From: a virus
Taxonomy: Duplodnaviria > Caudoviricetes
Reading direction: 5' to 3' (one strand)
IMG/VR virus record: IMGVR_UViG_3300027978_000009
Coordinates: 1-55,372 of that record
DNA: 55,372 nt
Shown: piece by piece, positions 35,937-44,810 of the stretch
How the letters are laid out: each line of letters begins with the position of its first letter
Numbering within the stretch: position 1 is the first letter of the stretch
Made by a program: the position numbers and the translations under genes
Notes under the pieces: model-generated
What the model saw: only the letters and a program-made list of their open reading frames with translations
What the model was told of the DNA's origin: nothing
The model's database searches: none

Positions 35937-35974
35937 TCTTCTTCTCCTTGGTTAGGGCTTTCGCCCACGTAAAC

Positions 35975-36418
35975 TTACGGTGTTGATTCTGCGTTTAGTG
36001 TAGCAGTGGCTGTGTCGATATCCGCACCACCTCCTGCGGGTCGAATATGTATTACTCCAGTAGCTATAAATGTTCCTGCGCCCGTCTCCTCCGCGCCCCA
36101 CACAATAGTTCCTCCCCCATTAACCCAAGACGGGCTGATTGGATCACTCGGACCCCAGTTTGGATTGTTCCCTGTCGTAACCCACTGGAAGTCGTAGTCG
36201 TTCGCATCGAATCCTGAGCCAGTCACCCATGAGCCGATCACACCGTCTGCGCCATTCAGACGTTGAGCCCAAACATCTCCATTAGCACGAATCTGAATCT
36301 CCGCTCGCGCATCACCTGGAAAAAACCCAATGTCGAATATACTGTACGAAGCTTGGTTGAACCCAACCGCGAACGAGGCTTTCTGCGCCATTGCTTGATA
36401 CATTTGCTGAAGTGACAT
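35975..36418 (-). CDS. tail fibre-associated beta-rich protein
   Basis: Start overlaps the fibre stop (TAATG). Confidence 0.7.
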   Translation of the reverse strand: MSLQQMYQAMAQKASFAVGFNQASYSIFDIGFFPGDARAEIQIRANGDVWAQRLNGADGVIGSWVTGSGFDANDYDFQWVTTGNNPNWGPSDPISPSWVNGGGTIVWGAEETGAGTFIATGVIHIRPAGGGADIDTATATLNAESTP

Positions 36419-38469
36419 TAGCTCAGCCCCGCTCCTGCAATCTTCCAAGTAGTAGCACCAACTTTCTGAGCGACAGCATGTCCACCAGCAGCCAGCGTTC
36501 GTGTACCGGTCGAGTTGTCATCTGCGAAGATCAACGTATCCGTTGTGATTGCGATGCTGATGCTGACCGAACCACTATTGTCCCAAGCTAGGAACGTTCC
36601 TATCTGGTATGGGACCGAACCGTTCGCAGGTATCGTCATTGTCTGGGCTGCAGTGCCACCCGTGAAACCTACCGTCTTGCCCTTGTCCGTCAGGATACCT
36701 ACGCGACTGGCGACAACCGAAATGATCTCAGAGATCGATGGATCCAACAGTTGGTTAACGTCAGTGTCATCTCGGAACTCTGGACGACAAGGGGATGCCG
36801 ACCGAACCCAGTACTGTCCGTAACCAGCGTTATTAACTCCGGGTGCTGCCGACTCTTCCAATTGAATGGAGAGTGCGTCCATCGTTACCTTCTCCGTCCC
36901 TCCTGTACCTGCGACAAGAGACACTTGACCATTTGGATTTGAAAGAAGAAGTATTCCAAGAACGTCACCGACAGTGCTCAGAACAGTTCCAACCTGATCA
37001 GTGAAATTTAGACTTACATTCGCAGCAGATCCTGTCGAGTTACCGTCACGCAGATCCAAGCACGCTCCACCGAGACCGTTGTTGATACGGAGTGTGGTTC
37101 CTGTGTAGAAGAGATGAGGTTGACCAGCGAGTGTCGCTCCGGTGCTATCCCAGACAGCTACTTCACCAGAAGCAGGGGTTGGAGTTGCTACGATTCCACC
37201 AGAAGCACTCAGGTCGATATCAACGCCAGTGTCGGTTGTGAACATCGGAGTGTTCGGTGCATCGTTGCGCACCCAGAACTGACCGCGAGCAGTAATGTCT
37301 CCTGCTGCCGCTGCCTTTTCAGTCATGTACATCGAGCCTTGCGGAAGCCAGATGCCTCCCGTTATTGTCTCCATGACATTCAGTGACGATGCACCGTGTT
37401 GCAGCCTTACTGCAACGCCAAACTCGATTTCGATGTTGGCACTATTGAGTCCGCCGATGATCGTATCGGAGCCTGACGTACCCGCACCGTTGATGTTGAC
37501 GAACAGAGTCGAGTTGTAGCTGAATGCGCTGGGCTTCGTCTGAATGTTCTGTCTCGCAAACTGCGTCATGCCCTGAGTACCTATCAGGTTCGCGCCAATA
37601 TTGATCGGGACGTTGAGGTACGGAGTGCCGAGAGATGCCACAGATAAGGAACTGGTCAGGTTGATCGAACCAATGATCAATGGATCCGGGACTGCTCCTG
37701 CCGGAGGGACAGAGTACGCGCCAGTCTCGTCAAGGTAATTAGTAGCTGCTCCCGCTGTTGTAAGCGTAACCCCATCGACGCTGACACCTGTGATCGCGGC
37801 ATCAAGATTAATAGTAGGGTTGACTGGATCCCCAGCGTTGACACTGATGTTCGTACCACCAATGACAGAATCAACTTGACCACCACCCGATGGAGGGACT
37901 GAGTAAGCACCCGTCTCGTCGAGATAGTTAGTTGCGACACCTCCCGAGGTAAGTACAACTCCGTTCGTCGGAGAATTGTAAGCACCCGTCTCATTGAGGT
38001 AGTCGGTAGCAAGCCCTCCGGTATTGAGAACTACACCATTGACCGTCATGCCTGTGATTGCAGCAGGCATATTGACGATGGGGTTTATAGGATCCGTAGC
38101 ATCGACGTCGATGTTCAAACCACCGACGACTGAGTCCACTTGTCCACTTCCTGACGGCACAGAGTAGACACCCGTCTCATTAAGAAAGGCAGTTGCCGCT
38201 CCCCCATCGTTCAGAGTTACACCGTTGACACTCAATCCTGCGATTGCCACCGGCATGTTGACGATTGGGTTGAGTGGGTCCGTGTTATCGACGTTAATGT
38301 TCACGCCTGAGTTGACAGAGATAACGCTGCCGCCAATGCCCAAGTCAGACGCTGAAACTTTTCGGCTTACTTGTAGGCCACCCTCAACTGCCTGCGACTC
38401 GAAGAACGTTGTTGCTGGATCAAGCGGCAAAGTAATCGGTGCCATGTCGGAGATTGTGAAGTTACTCAT
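36418..38469 (-). CDS. tail fibre protein with internal repeats
   Basis: N-terminal TISDM anchor-like segment, VDSVxGG.NI.V..TDP.NP repeats, and C-terminal TIPAN.SVPY.IGT...K...TTW...G domain. Confidence 0.85.
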   Translation of the reverse strand: MSNFTISDMAPITLPLDPATTFFESQAVEGGLQVSRKVSASDLGIGGSVISVNSGVNINVDNTDPLNPIVNMPVAIAGLSVNGVTLNDGGAATAFLNETGVYSVPSGSGQVDSVVGGLNIDVDATDPINPIVNMPAAITGMTVNGVVLNTGGLATDYLNETGAYNSPTNGVVLTSGGVATNYLDETGAYSVPPSGGGQVDSVIGGTNISVNAGDPVNPTINLDAAITGVSVDGVTLTTAGAATNYLDETGAYSVPPAGAVPDPLIIGSINLTSSLSVASLGTPYLNVPINIGANLIGTQGMTQFARQNIQTKPSAFSYNSTLFVNINGAGTSGSDTIIGGLNSANIEIEFGVAVRLQHGASSLNVMETITGGIWLPQGSMYMTEKAAAAGDITARGQFWVRNDAPNTPMFTTDTGVDIDLSASGGIVATPTPASGEVAVWDSTGATLAGQPHLFYTGTTLRINNGLGGACLDLRDGNSTGSAANVSLNFTDQVGTVLSTVGDVLGILLLSNPNGQVSLVAGTGGTEKVTMDALSIQLEESAAPGVNNAGYGQYWVRSASPCRPEFRDDTDVNQLLDPSISEIISVVASRVGILTDKGKTVGFTGGTAAQTMTIPANGSVPYQIGTFLAWDNSGSVSISIAITTDTLIFADDNSTGTRTLAAGGHAVAQKVGATTWKIAGAGLS
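37700..38325 (-). repeat. three and a half ~63-aa repeats within the fibre
   Basis: SV..G.NI.V...DP.NP..N...AI.G..V.GV.L..GG.AT.(F/Y)L.ETG.YSVP. ETG(V/A)Y occurs four times. Confidence 0.85.
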
Positions 38470-38828
38470 TAGGGCAAGTCCTCATTGAATAGCACTGTCG
38501 CGCCTTCGAACACGCGAAGGTCTCCACCAGCTGTCACGCGTGGATTGCCTCCAACTGTTGCACGCACACCAGCCAACTGCGTCGTGTTAGGGATAGGTCC
38601 TCCCGGAGTCAGATCCTGGTCGGGACGATAGAAAGGTAACGTGATGCGATCCGGTTGACGAGGTGGCAGACGATACGGATCGTACTCATCCAAATCATCG
38701 ATGCACACTTTCAGCCCCGGACTATTCGGGTCCGAGTACAACTCGCTCAAGAACATTTTCTTCTGGCACCGGGCACAGACGCCCAGTCCGAAGGTTGATT
38801 GTCCTGTTGGGTTTAAGAAAATCGGCAT
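38469..38828 (-). CDS. Cys-containing virion-morphogenesis protein
   Basis: GVCARC...EL..DP..PGL.VC..D.D.YDP...RPD. Confidence 0.75.
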   Translation of the reverse strand: MPIFLNPTGQSTFGLGVCARCQKKMFLSELYSDPNSPGLKVCIDDLDEYDPYRLPPRQPDRITLPFYRPDQDLTPGGPIPNTTQLAGVRATVGGNPRVTAGGDLRVFEGATVLFNEDLP

Positions 38829-38830
38829 AG

Positions 38831-39889
38831 TTATCTCGTGTACGGTGCAATCGCAGGACGCAAGTAAGCTTCCGACTCATCGGTCTCACCAGTCCACGCG
38901 TCACTCAAATACTTTTCAGCATCGAGGTCGAGTCGAGGAATGATTACCTCCTCAACTTCTTTCAATTCTCTGCCCAGCTCTGCAGCTAGGTTGCATACGA
39001 TAGCCAAGTACCACCTATCCGGCACTTCCAGTTCATCTGACATAGCACCAACATCCTGCAACTGTCGTTGCACGAAGCCAGTAACTTGAGAGAACGTAAA
39101 CTGGAACTGCGGGCTCGGCCACAACTCCATCTGAGGTTGGGTACGCTGCTTGTCGTACCAAAACTGTGTTGGCCTGCCAGTGCTCACCTTGTCTGGCAGG
39201 TTTGCGTAGTCATTACGGTTGAGCTTGTACATCGGGATCTCGCTCGGAGTGTCCTGATACACCAGCTCCAGCACGTTAAGAATCGTCGCGCCCGTTGCAC
39301 GCAATCGATAGTACTGGTACGCCGTCACGCCTTGCACATCTGCCCAGAGCCATTCGCCTGCAGTTACTTCCTGATCAACCTGCGTGATCAACGGAATCGA
39401 CGTCACGAAGTTATCGTTCGACGCCTCGATGACGTAGCTCCACAAACCTGTAGCGTTGGGCAAGATCCCAAACGTAGATGCTGCCGCAGGAGACGGCAAC
39501 GTCATCGTGATTGTACCCAGCGGTACAGTCTGGATACACGCTGTCGATACATTGCCATCGAATGCGTTGTCTGCATTACCTTCACTGGCACTCGCGGTAC
39601 CCGTGATTCGTTGCAGCGTACGCAAGTTCATGGTGAAGGTATCCACCGTGCCCACGGGGAGGGGGAGAGTTTGCTCGCGTTCGTAAAGAGGCAAGATAAC
39701 AGGGACCACGTTCCAGAGTTTGATGCCCTTGTTAACCAGCGTCTGCGTGAACAGCCACAGCAAGTCGAGCGCAATCTCCAGGTGCTCCCCAGTGATCTGC
39801 TGCTCAACCATTTTGCACCGACGAAAAGCATGATCAATGATCTGCTGATTCGTGAAGATCGTGCTTCCAACTGTTCCTGACGTAGGCAT
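38831..39889 (-). CDS. head-tail adaptor / tail tubular A-like protein with inserted discoidin-like domain
   Basis: M.TSGT...II..AF.R..., N.GI.LW, LNR.DY..LP.K...GRP.QFW, WP.P, P.RW..A....LA..L. The insert carries NAFDGN.ST...YQYYRL. Confidence 0.75.
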   Translation of the reverse strand: MPTSGTVGSTIFTNQQIIDHAFRRCKMVEQQITGEHLEIALDLLWLFTQTLVNKGIKLWNVVPVILPLYEREQTLPLPVGTVDTFTMNLRTLQRITGTASASEGNADNAFDGNVSTACIQTVPLGTITMTLPSPAAASTFGILPNATGLWSYVIEASNDNFVTSIPLITQVDQEVTAGEWLWADVQGVTAYQYYRLRATGATILNVLELVYQDTPSEIPMYKLNRNDYANLPDKVSTGRPTQFWYDKQRTQPQMELWPSPQFQFTFSQVTGFVQRQLQDVGAMSDELEVPDRWYLAIVCNLAAELGRELKEVEEVIIPRLDLDAEKYLSDAWTGETDESEAYLRPAIAPYTR

Positions 39890-39979
39890 CTATCTTCCTC
39901 CGCGTACCCGACTGCCCCGACCACCGCGAGGACGCTGATTGTGACCGCGAGGGTGAGGAGTCTTGATGTGCTTATCCAT
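39890..39979 (-). CDS. 29-aa Arg/Gly-rich micro-protein
   Basis: GGAGG RBS. MDKHIKTPHPRGHNQRPRGGRGSRVRGGR; its stop abuts the next ATG. Confidence 0.55.
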   Translation of the reverse strand: MDKHIKTPHPRGHNQRPRGGRGSRVRGGR

Positions 39980-40002
39980 GACGTCCTCCGCCACTCGCGT
40001 TG

Positions 40003-40599
40003 CTATTTTTTTACGCTGCCACCTCGGGCTTTATTTACTGTGCCCCCGCAAGCTTTCACGTTTTTCGGCATGCCCTTCTTCGAAGCAGCGGTGCCTGCCT
40101 TCTCAGGCTTCTTCAGCACAGTCTTCTTACGCAACGCCTGCTTGGCTTTTTTGAGAGCTGCATCAGCCAGTGCACCACCACCACTTGAAGCAACTCCACG
40201 AATGGAATGCACCTTGCCACCCTTCTTGTAACCGGCCTTCATACGCTTGGTGCCACCGGCCTCAATCTCGGCTTGGTTGCAACCCTTACGTGCAGGCATG
40301 TTGCCGTGGTCCATGGTGGCTTGTGGACCACGCGCTGTAGGCATGCCCATCTTCTTGACCTGACCACCACGCTTGAAGCCCAACGTCATGCCGTCGTCGT
40401 AAAGCTTGCTGTGCATGTCACGACCGTCACGCATTGTCGTGCCACCCTTCGCTTTCTTCACAGGCGCTTTCTTAACTGCACCACCGCGCATGTAGCCTTT
40501 CACTTCGTTCCGACCGGCGGAACCAGAAAAGCCTTGTGCAGATGGGAAGGAAAAATCCTTCACGTAAGTCAGTCCTGCAGGTGTAGTTACTTTACTCAT
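40003..40599 (-). CDS. Lys-rich low-complexity protein with six xxGGxV motifs
   Basis: YMRGGAV, KAKGGTT, FKRGGQV, YKKGGKV, KACGGTV, KARGGSV. Confidence 0.8.
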   Translation of the reverse strand: MSKVTTPAGLTYVKDFSFPSAQGFSGSAGRNEVKGYMRGGAVKKAPVKKAKGGTTMRDGRDMHSKLYDDGMTLGFKRGGQVKKMGMPTARGPQATMDHGNMPARKGCNQAEIEAGGTKRMKAGYKKGGKVHSIRGVASSGGGALADAALKKAKQALRKKTVLKKPEKAGTAASKKGMPKNVKACGGTVNKARGGSVKK

Positions 40600-40620
40600 G
40601 ACTCTGGATCTCCTATAAAT

Positions 40621-41118
40621 TTATAAGCTGTCGGGGTCACCCGTGATGTCTCTGATTTCTGATCGTACCTGTTCTTTCCGTAGTCGCAGAGCATCGACTC
40701 CAATATCAAGTGCGTCCTTTACTTGTTTCGTCTGACCCGGCTTGAAGCCCTGCATAGTAACTATGCTGGTATTAACCTCGTCACGTTCGATACGCAAGTC
40801 CATCAGGTTTATATCTTCTCGAACCTGTGGGGTAGTAGGCAACAAGGTGATGGACGCTTCCAGACCGGCAAACACATCCATAGCCAATGGCTTTCCGTCA
40901 CTGATGATGTTGGATCGGAAGTTGGCCCACGTTGGATTGTTGATGATGTCCAGTCGTTCATAGTCACCGACCAACTCCGTGACCCACGCATCCGCATCAG
41001 CATTGTTGAGGGTGGTAACGAGTGCTTGGATAGCATTCTCGAATCCATTCTTGCTGATGGTATTGTCTGCGATTACCGCATCGACACCAGCTTCATAAGC
41101 GTCATTAAGAGTTGTCAT
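40621..41118 (-). CDS. hypothetical helical protein
   Basis: Start MTTLND overlaps the upstream stop (ATGA). Confidence 0.7.
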   Translation of the reverse strand: MTTLNDAYEAGVDAVIADNTISKNGFENAIQALVTTLNNADADAWVTELVGDYERLDIINNPTWANFRSNIISDGKPLAMDVFAGLEASITLLPTTPQVREDINLMDLRIERDEVNTSIVTMQGFKPGQTKQVKDALDIGVDALRLRKEQVRSEIRDITGDPDSL

Positions 41119-41429
41119 ACCACCACCGCTAGTTCTGAGTTTGCAATCCCGGTTACGACTCTCCAATCAATCGATGCCGGATCAATCGCTCCCGCTGTCG
41201 GGTTGAATAACGTGAAGCGTATTACATTTGTCACCGGCACGAAAACTTGAATGACCAGATCGTCCAGACTGGTCGCGTCCGTGATCGGTGCGAAAGAGAT
41301 CACTTCTGTTCCTTGAGCAGCCGTAACAGCCACGTCAAAGAATACACTTCCGTTCGACGGGACGGACGGGAAGTCAATCGTCGTCTCGAAGACCTGAATG
41401 TTCTGGAAGACTGTGTCGAATCTACGCAC
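41115..41429 (-). CDS. small beta-rich fibre-associated protein
   Basis: GGAGG RBS and GTG start. IDFPSV....V.V..A..G...N.T.GAIDPAS pattern. Confidence 0.7.
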   Translation of the reverse strand: MRRFDTVFQNIQVFETTIDFPSVPSNGSVFFDVAVTAAQGTEVISFAPITDATSLDDLVIQVFVPVTNVIRFTLFNPTAGAIDPASIDWRVVTGIANSELAVVV

Positions 41430-43905
41430 CTGTACCCTCCAGCATTCTCCAGCGTGCCGTGCCGGTGTCATCGTACCAGAGCCAGACGCACTCGTTAGGT
41501 CCAAGGACGTAGCCTACGCCTGTCGAGGTAATGATGCGATTCGCTGCCAGACTGAGCACGTCCTGGTTGGTGATCGTGATGGCAAACGCGCCTGTGTTGT
41601 AAAGGCAGATACGATCACCGGTTTGGGCAAAGCCAAACGACGAATCGATACCCGTCAGATTAACCGCGAGGCTAGCCGAAAGGAGGTTCATCGTGCGCCC
41701 AGCGTTGTTAGGCCCAAGCTGAAGATCATTTTGGTTAGCACCGAAGATAGCCTCGGTCTGACTGCCGTTGTTCATTGCTCCGTCGATACGTGCACGACCA
41801 AGAACACGCAGCGCTTGTGTACGCGTAGCACCAAACGAGGGCATTGCCTGCACGAACAGATTCGAGATGTCTTGAATCGTGCCACCGTTCAGTAGGACCG
41901 CTGGCGAGTTGATCTTGAACGCTTGCAAGTCAGAGACAGCTTGACCGTTGACGTCTATGCTGCCGCTTGCAGTCCACAGTACGTCTGAGTACTCGCCACC
42001 AATCTGTACCTGTCGCAAGTTAGGACCAGCGAACATGACGAACCAGTTATTCGAGTTCGGTACTGGATCAATGACACCAAATGAAACTGCGTTGACGTTG
42101 AAGCCGAGACCGATGTCCTGTGTCCCAAGATTACTTTGTTGGAAGGTCCAAGTGTCTGTAGCTGCGGGTCGTAGGAATAGCGGGTTGCTACCAATGTTTC
42201 CGATGGTTGACCAGATCATTGCAGCTTGTGATGTGAACCAGCCATTCCAGATATCAGCTATAGCAATCGAGCCACCATACTTGACGTAGGTGTTGTCATC
42301 GAGGTGAATATCACCTGCACCGAATTCAGACTCTGCCGTGCTGTTGTTCAGCAGGAAGAAGTTGGATGCGTTAGCGACCAGCGCTGACCGAACAACTGCT
42401 CGAACACCCGTGACAGGGATGTTGATGTTGTTCATGTCGAGGCCGATGTAATTCGCAGCGCGCTCAGTACCAAGAGACTGTCCGAAGAGAGCCTGTGCAG
42501 GATTGAGCATTTGAACGCCACGGATGGTTCCGAAGTCAGCGATGGCTGCTGCGTTGTTCGTATTCCACAGAGGGCCGACTGAGAGACCAGTGACGTTGCT
42601 GATCGTTAGATTGTCGCCAGCATTCCGCACCCGGATAATCGGAGCGAAACTCAACGCCCGATAGTTCGTGACTGATATTGCGCCAGCACCTTGAATGTCA
42701 TATGCGCATTGGGCTGCATAGACGAAGGTCTGAGCCGGAGCGATGCCAGGAGTGAGCGATCTGTAAGTCTGACGAGCAAAGAATAGGGTTGTAACTGAGA
42801 ATCCTGGATTCACAGTCCATGTAAGAATGGAGTTGTCATCCAATGCCGACATGATGAACAGAGCATTATTGACAGTGATGGTGTTCGCTAAGAAGATGCT
42901 CGCTGATACCAGACCACCTGACGCCGGAATGGTATTCGCAAATCGAATGCCACCTGCTGTGATTGCATCAGTCGTCCAATCCCAATCGATGTCCACGCCG
43001 CCATGAATCTCAACACGTCCACGGTTAGCAGCCTGAGATCCCTGAAGGGGAAGTATTCCACCTGCGGCGACACTTCCGTACACAAATTGATCAGAGCCCA
43101 AGAGCAGAGCTAAGTTAGCAATGTTCGAGCCATCAGGAACCGTGAAGAACGCCAACTCAGCCGGAGATGATGTCGAACTGATGGTTCCCGTGGGAGCCAT
43201 GCGAGCATCAATCACCGCGCCGAAGTCGTAGCCGGAAGCGCCAGTCCATGCCGTGAAGATGATGGACCCGATAGTCTGACCAAGAGTGACCGCAGTGTGA
43301 GCCGATGTATTGTCGTTGGACAGAGCGAACGTCATGATCGGTGGCGCTACTGTCGAATGTCTGTGAAGGATCATCGTGGCGTCAAGAACACCACCGATGT
43401 CATTGACCTTCATGTGAGCATTGTAGTTCGCACCATTGACAAGGATGCCACCTTGCTCAGTACCCGGAGGACCGAACCCGACGTTCTGAGTGAGCATCAT
43501 CGGAACCGTAAGGTCACCCATGACGACAGTGTCAACATCGAAGTTGGAACCGTCATCTTGGTAGAGAGTGTTGGCTGCTACTACGCCGGGATTGACGGCT
43601 TGAGATACGAACTCAAGCCAATCGGTTGAGGCAGGTCCACCTCCACCGGGAATCGTTATCGTTTTGGTTGTGCCTGCACCTGAAGCGGTGACACCTGCGC
43701 CAACGAAGTCAAGGGTGTCGGCTGGAACACCAACCGGGGCACCCTCGTCCTCGACAATGATGGTGCTTGCACCACCTCCACCAGGAAGCCAATCGTAGTC
43801 ATAGTTATCGGCAGTGATCTTGGTAAGAACTGTACCAGGAGCACCATCGTCAGGAATTTGTATCGCTACAATTCCTGAGAAACCCAGACCTGATTGCGCA
43901 GTCAT
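41422..43905 (-). CDS. tail fibre / receptor-binding protein
   Basis: 827 aa, beta-rich. G.VLTK....YD..W fibre motif. C-terminal LTG...G...L.N.G...ITI.N....S.AANR...WYD....RWR domain. Confidence 0.8.
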   Translation of the reverse strand: MTAQSGLGFSGIVAIQIPDDGAPGTVLTKITADNYDYDWLPGGGGASTIIVEDEGAPVGVPADTLDFVGAGVTASGAGTTKTITIPGGGGPASTDWLEFVSQAVNPGVVAANTLYQDDGSNFDVDTVVMGDLTVPMMLTQNVGFGPPGTEQGGILVNGANYNAHMKVNDIGGVLDATMILHRHSTVAPPIMTFALSNDNTSAHTAVTLGQTIGSIIFTAWTGASGYDFGAVIDARMAPTGTISSTSSPAELAFFTVPDGSNIANLALLLGSDQFVYGSVAAGGILPLQGSQAANRGRVEIHGGVDIDWDWTTDAITAGGIRFANTIPASGGLVSASIFLANTITVNNALFIMSALDDNSILTWTVNPGFSVTTLFFARQTYRSLTPGIAPAQTFVYAAQCAYDIQGAGAISVTNYRALSFAPIIRVRNAGDNLTISNVTGLSVGPLWNTNNAAAIADFGTIRGVQMLNPAQALFGQSLGTERAANYIGLDMNNINIPVTGVRAVVRSALVANASNFFLLNNSTAESEFGAGDIHLDDNTYVKYGGSIAIADIWNGWFTSQAAMIWSTIGNIGSNPLFLRPAATDTWTFQQSNLGTQDIGLGFNVNAVSFGVIDPVPNSNNWFVMFAGPNLRQVQIGGEYSDVLWTASGSIDVNGQAVSDLQAFKINSPAVLLNGGTIQDISNLFVQAMPSFGATRTQALRVLGRARIDGAMNNGSQTEAIFGANQNDLQLGPNNAGRTMNLLSASLAVNLTGIDSSFGFAQTGDRICLYNTGAFAITITNQDVLSLAANRIITSTGVGYVLGPNECVWLWYDDTGTARWRMLEGTGA

Positions 43906-43913
43906 GAGCTACC

Positions 43914-44468
43914 TCAGACTACGGTGTTGATCAACTCGCGCACCTTCACGAGTTGCTCTTCTTTCCCTTTAAGCTCTTCTGCTCTCGCGTCGAGTGCATC
44001 AGCTTTCTGCTGGAGTGTTTCAGACATGCCGTTGAGCTGACTAACCTTCTCAGCGACTTCTCTCTTAGTTGATTCCACGGCAGCCATAGCGGCTTCTGCC
44101 TCATCCGCTAATTTTTTTGCGCCAGCAATCGTGTTATCAGCCTGTTCACGAGCTGCATCTGATTCTTCCTTGGCTCTTTCACGCAGGAAGACAGCATCGC
44201 TGTTGGCTTTGTCCAGGATTTCATTGGCATCATCACGCGCACCAGCCAGCGTGACTTCTGCCAGCTCTTTCAAGCCATCGATCTCTGAACGTATTTGAAG
44301 GATCTCACCAGCGGGACCAGCGAGGTTGATCTGCTCACGTGCGGATTCCTCCGCAGCCTTCAGTTGGTCGATCTTGTTCTGAAGACGCGTTGGATCCGCG
44401 AGCAGTTCCAAGGCAGCAAAAGATGAGTCGCCTTGGCCTCCGGCAATACCGGCTCCTGCATTACTCAT
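43914..44468 (-). CDS. coiled-coil hypothetical protein
   Basis: Ala/Glu/Lys heptads throughout. Confidence 0.75.
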   Translation of the reverse strand: MSNAGAGIAGGQGDSSFAALELLADPTRLQNKIDQLKAAEESAREQINLAGPAGEILQIRSEIDGLKELAEVTLAGARDDANEILDKANSDAVFLRERAKEESDAAREQADNTIAGAKKLADEAEAAMAAVESTKREVAEKVSQLNGMSETLQQKADALDARAEELKGKEEQLVKVRELINTVV

Positions 44469-44788
44469 GATGTTGCTCCTGCTTGGATCAGGTTAAGGAC
44501 TGCCGACCCGGCACCTGCTGTCTGGTTCAAACGAACACCAGTAGGAGGGAACGCATAGTTACCGTCTGCATCAATGAGCAGACCGGCTAAGGTCGGGTGA
44601 GGGAACCAGACTGCTGTCGCTGGGTTGAACGTCTCGGCGAACACGTCGTCAAACGTGTGCTCAACCGTGTACGTCGCTACTCCCGTTACATCAACACCCA
44701 ACCCGATGTTAGTCGGGTTCAGGTATTGATCAATCGGGATCACTGGCGAAACACTGACTCCTGATGTCGATACTCGTACTGGTCTCAT
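44465..44788 (-). CDS. small virion structural protein
   Basis: YTVEHTFDD...WF.H....DGNYAFP..GVRL...G.G...L.LIQAG. GAGGAG RBS. Confidence 0.75.
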   Translation of the reverse strand: MRPVRVSTSGVSVSPVIPIDQYLNPTNIGLGVDVTGVATYTVEHTFDDVFAETFNPATAVWFPHPTLAGLLIDADGNYAFPPTGVRLNQTAGAGSAVLNLIQAGATS

Positions 44789-44810
44789 GACGCTTCTCCT
44801 CTAGTGGGTT

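Noticed and set aside
36418-43905. Diversity-generating retroelement acting on fibre genes
   Set aside because: No reverse transcriptase and no adenine-specific TR/VR pair seen.
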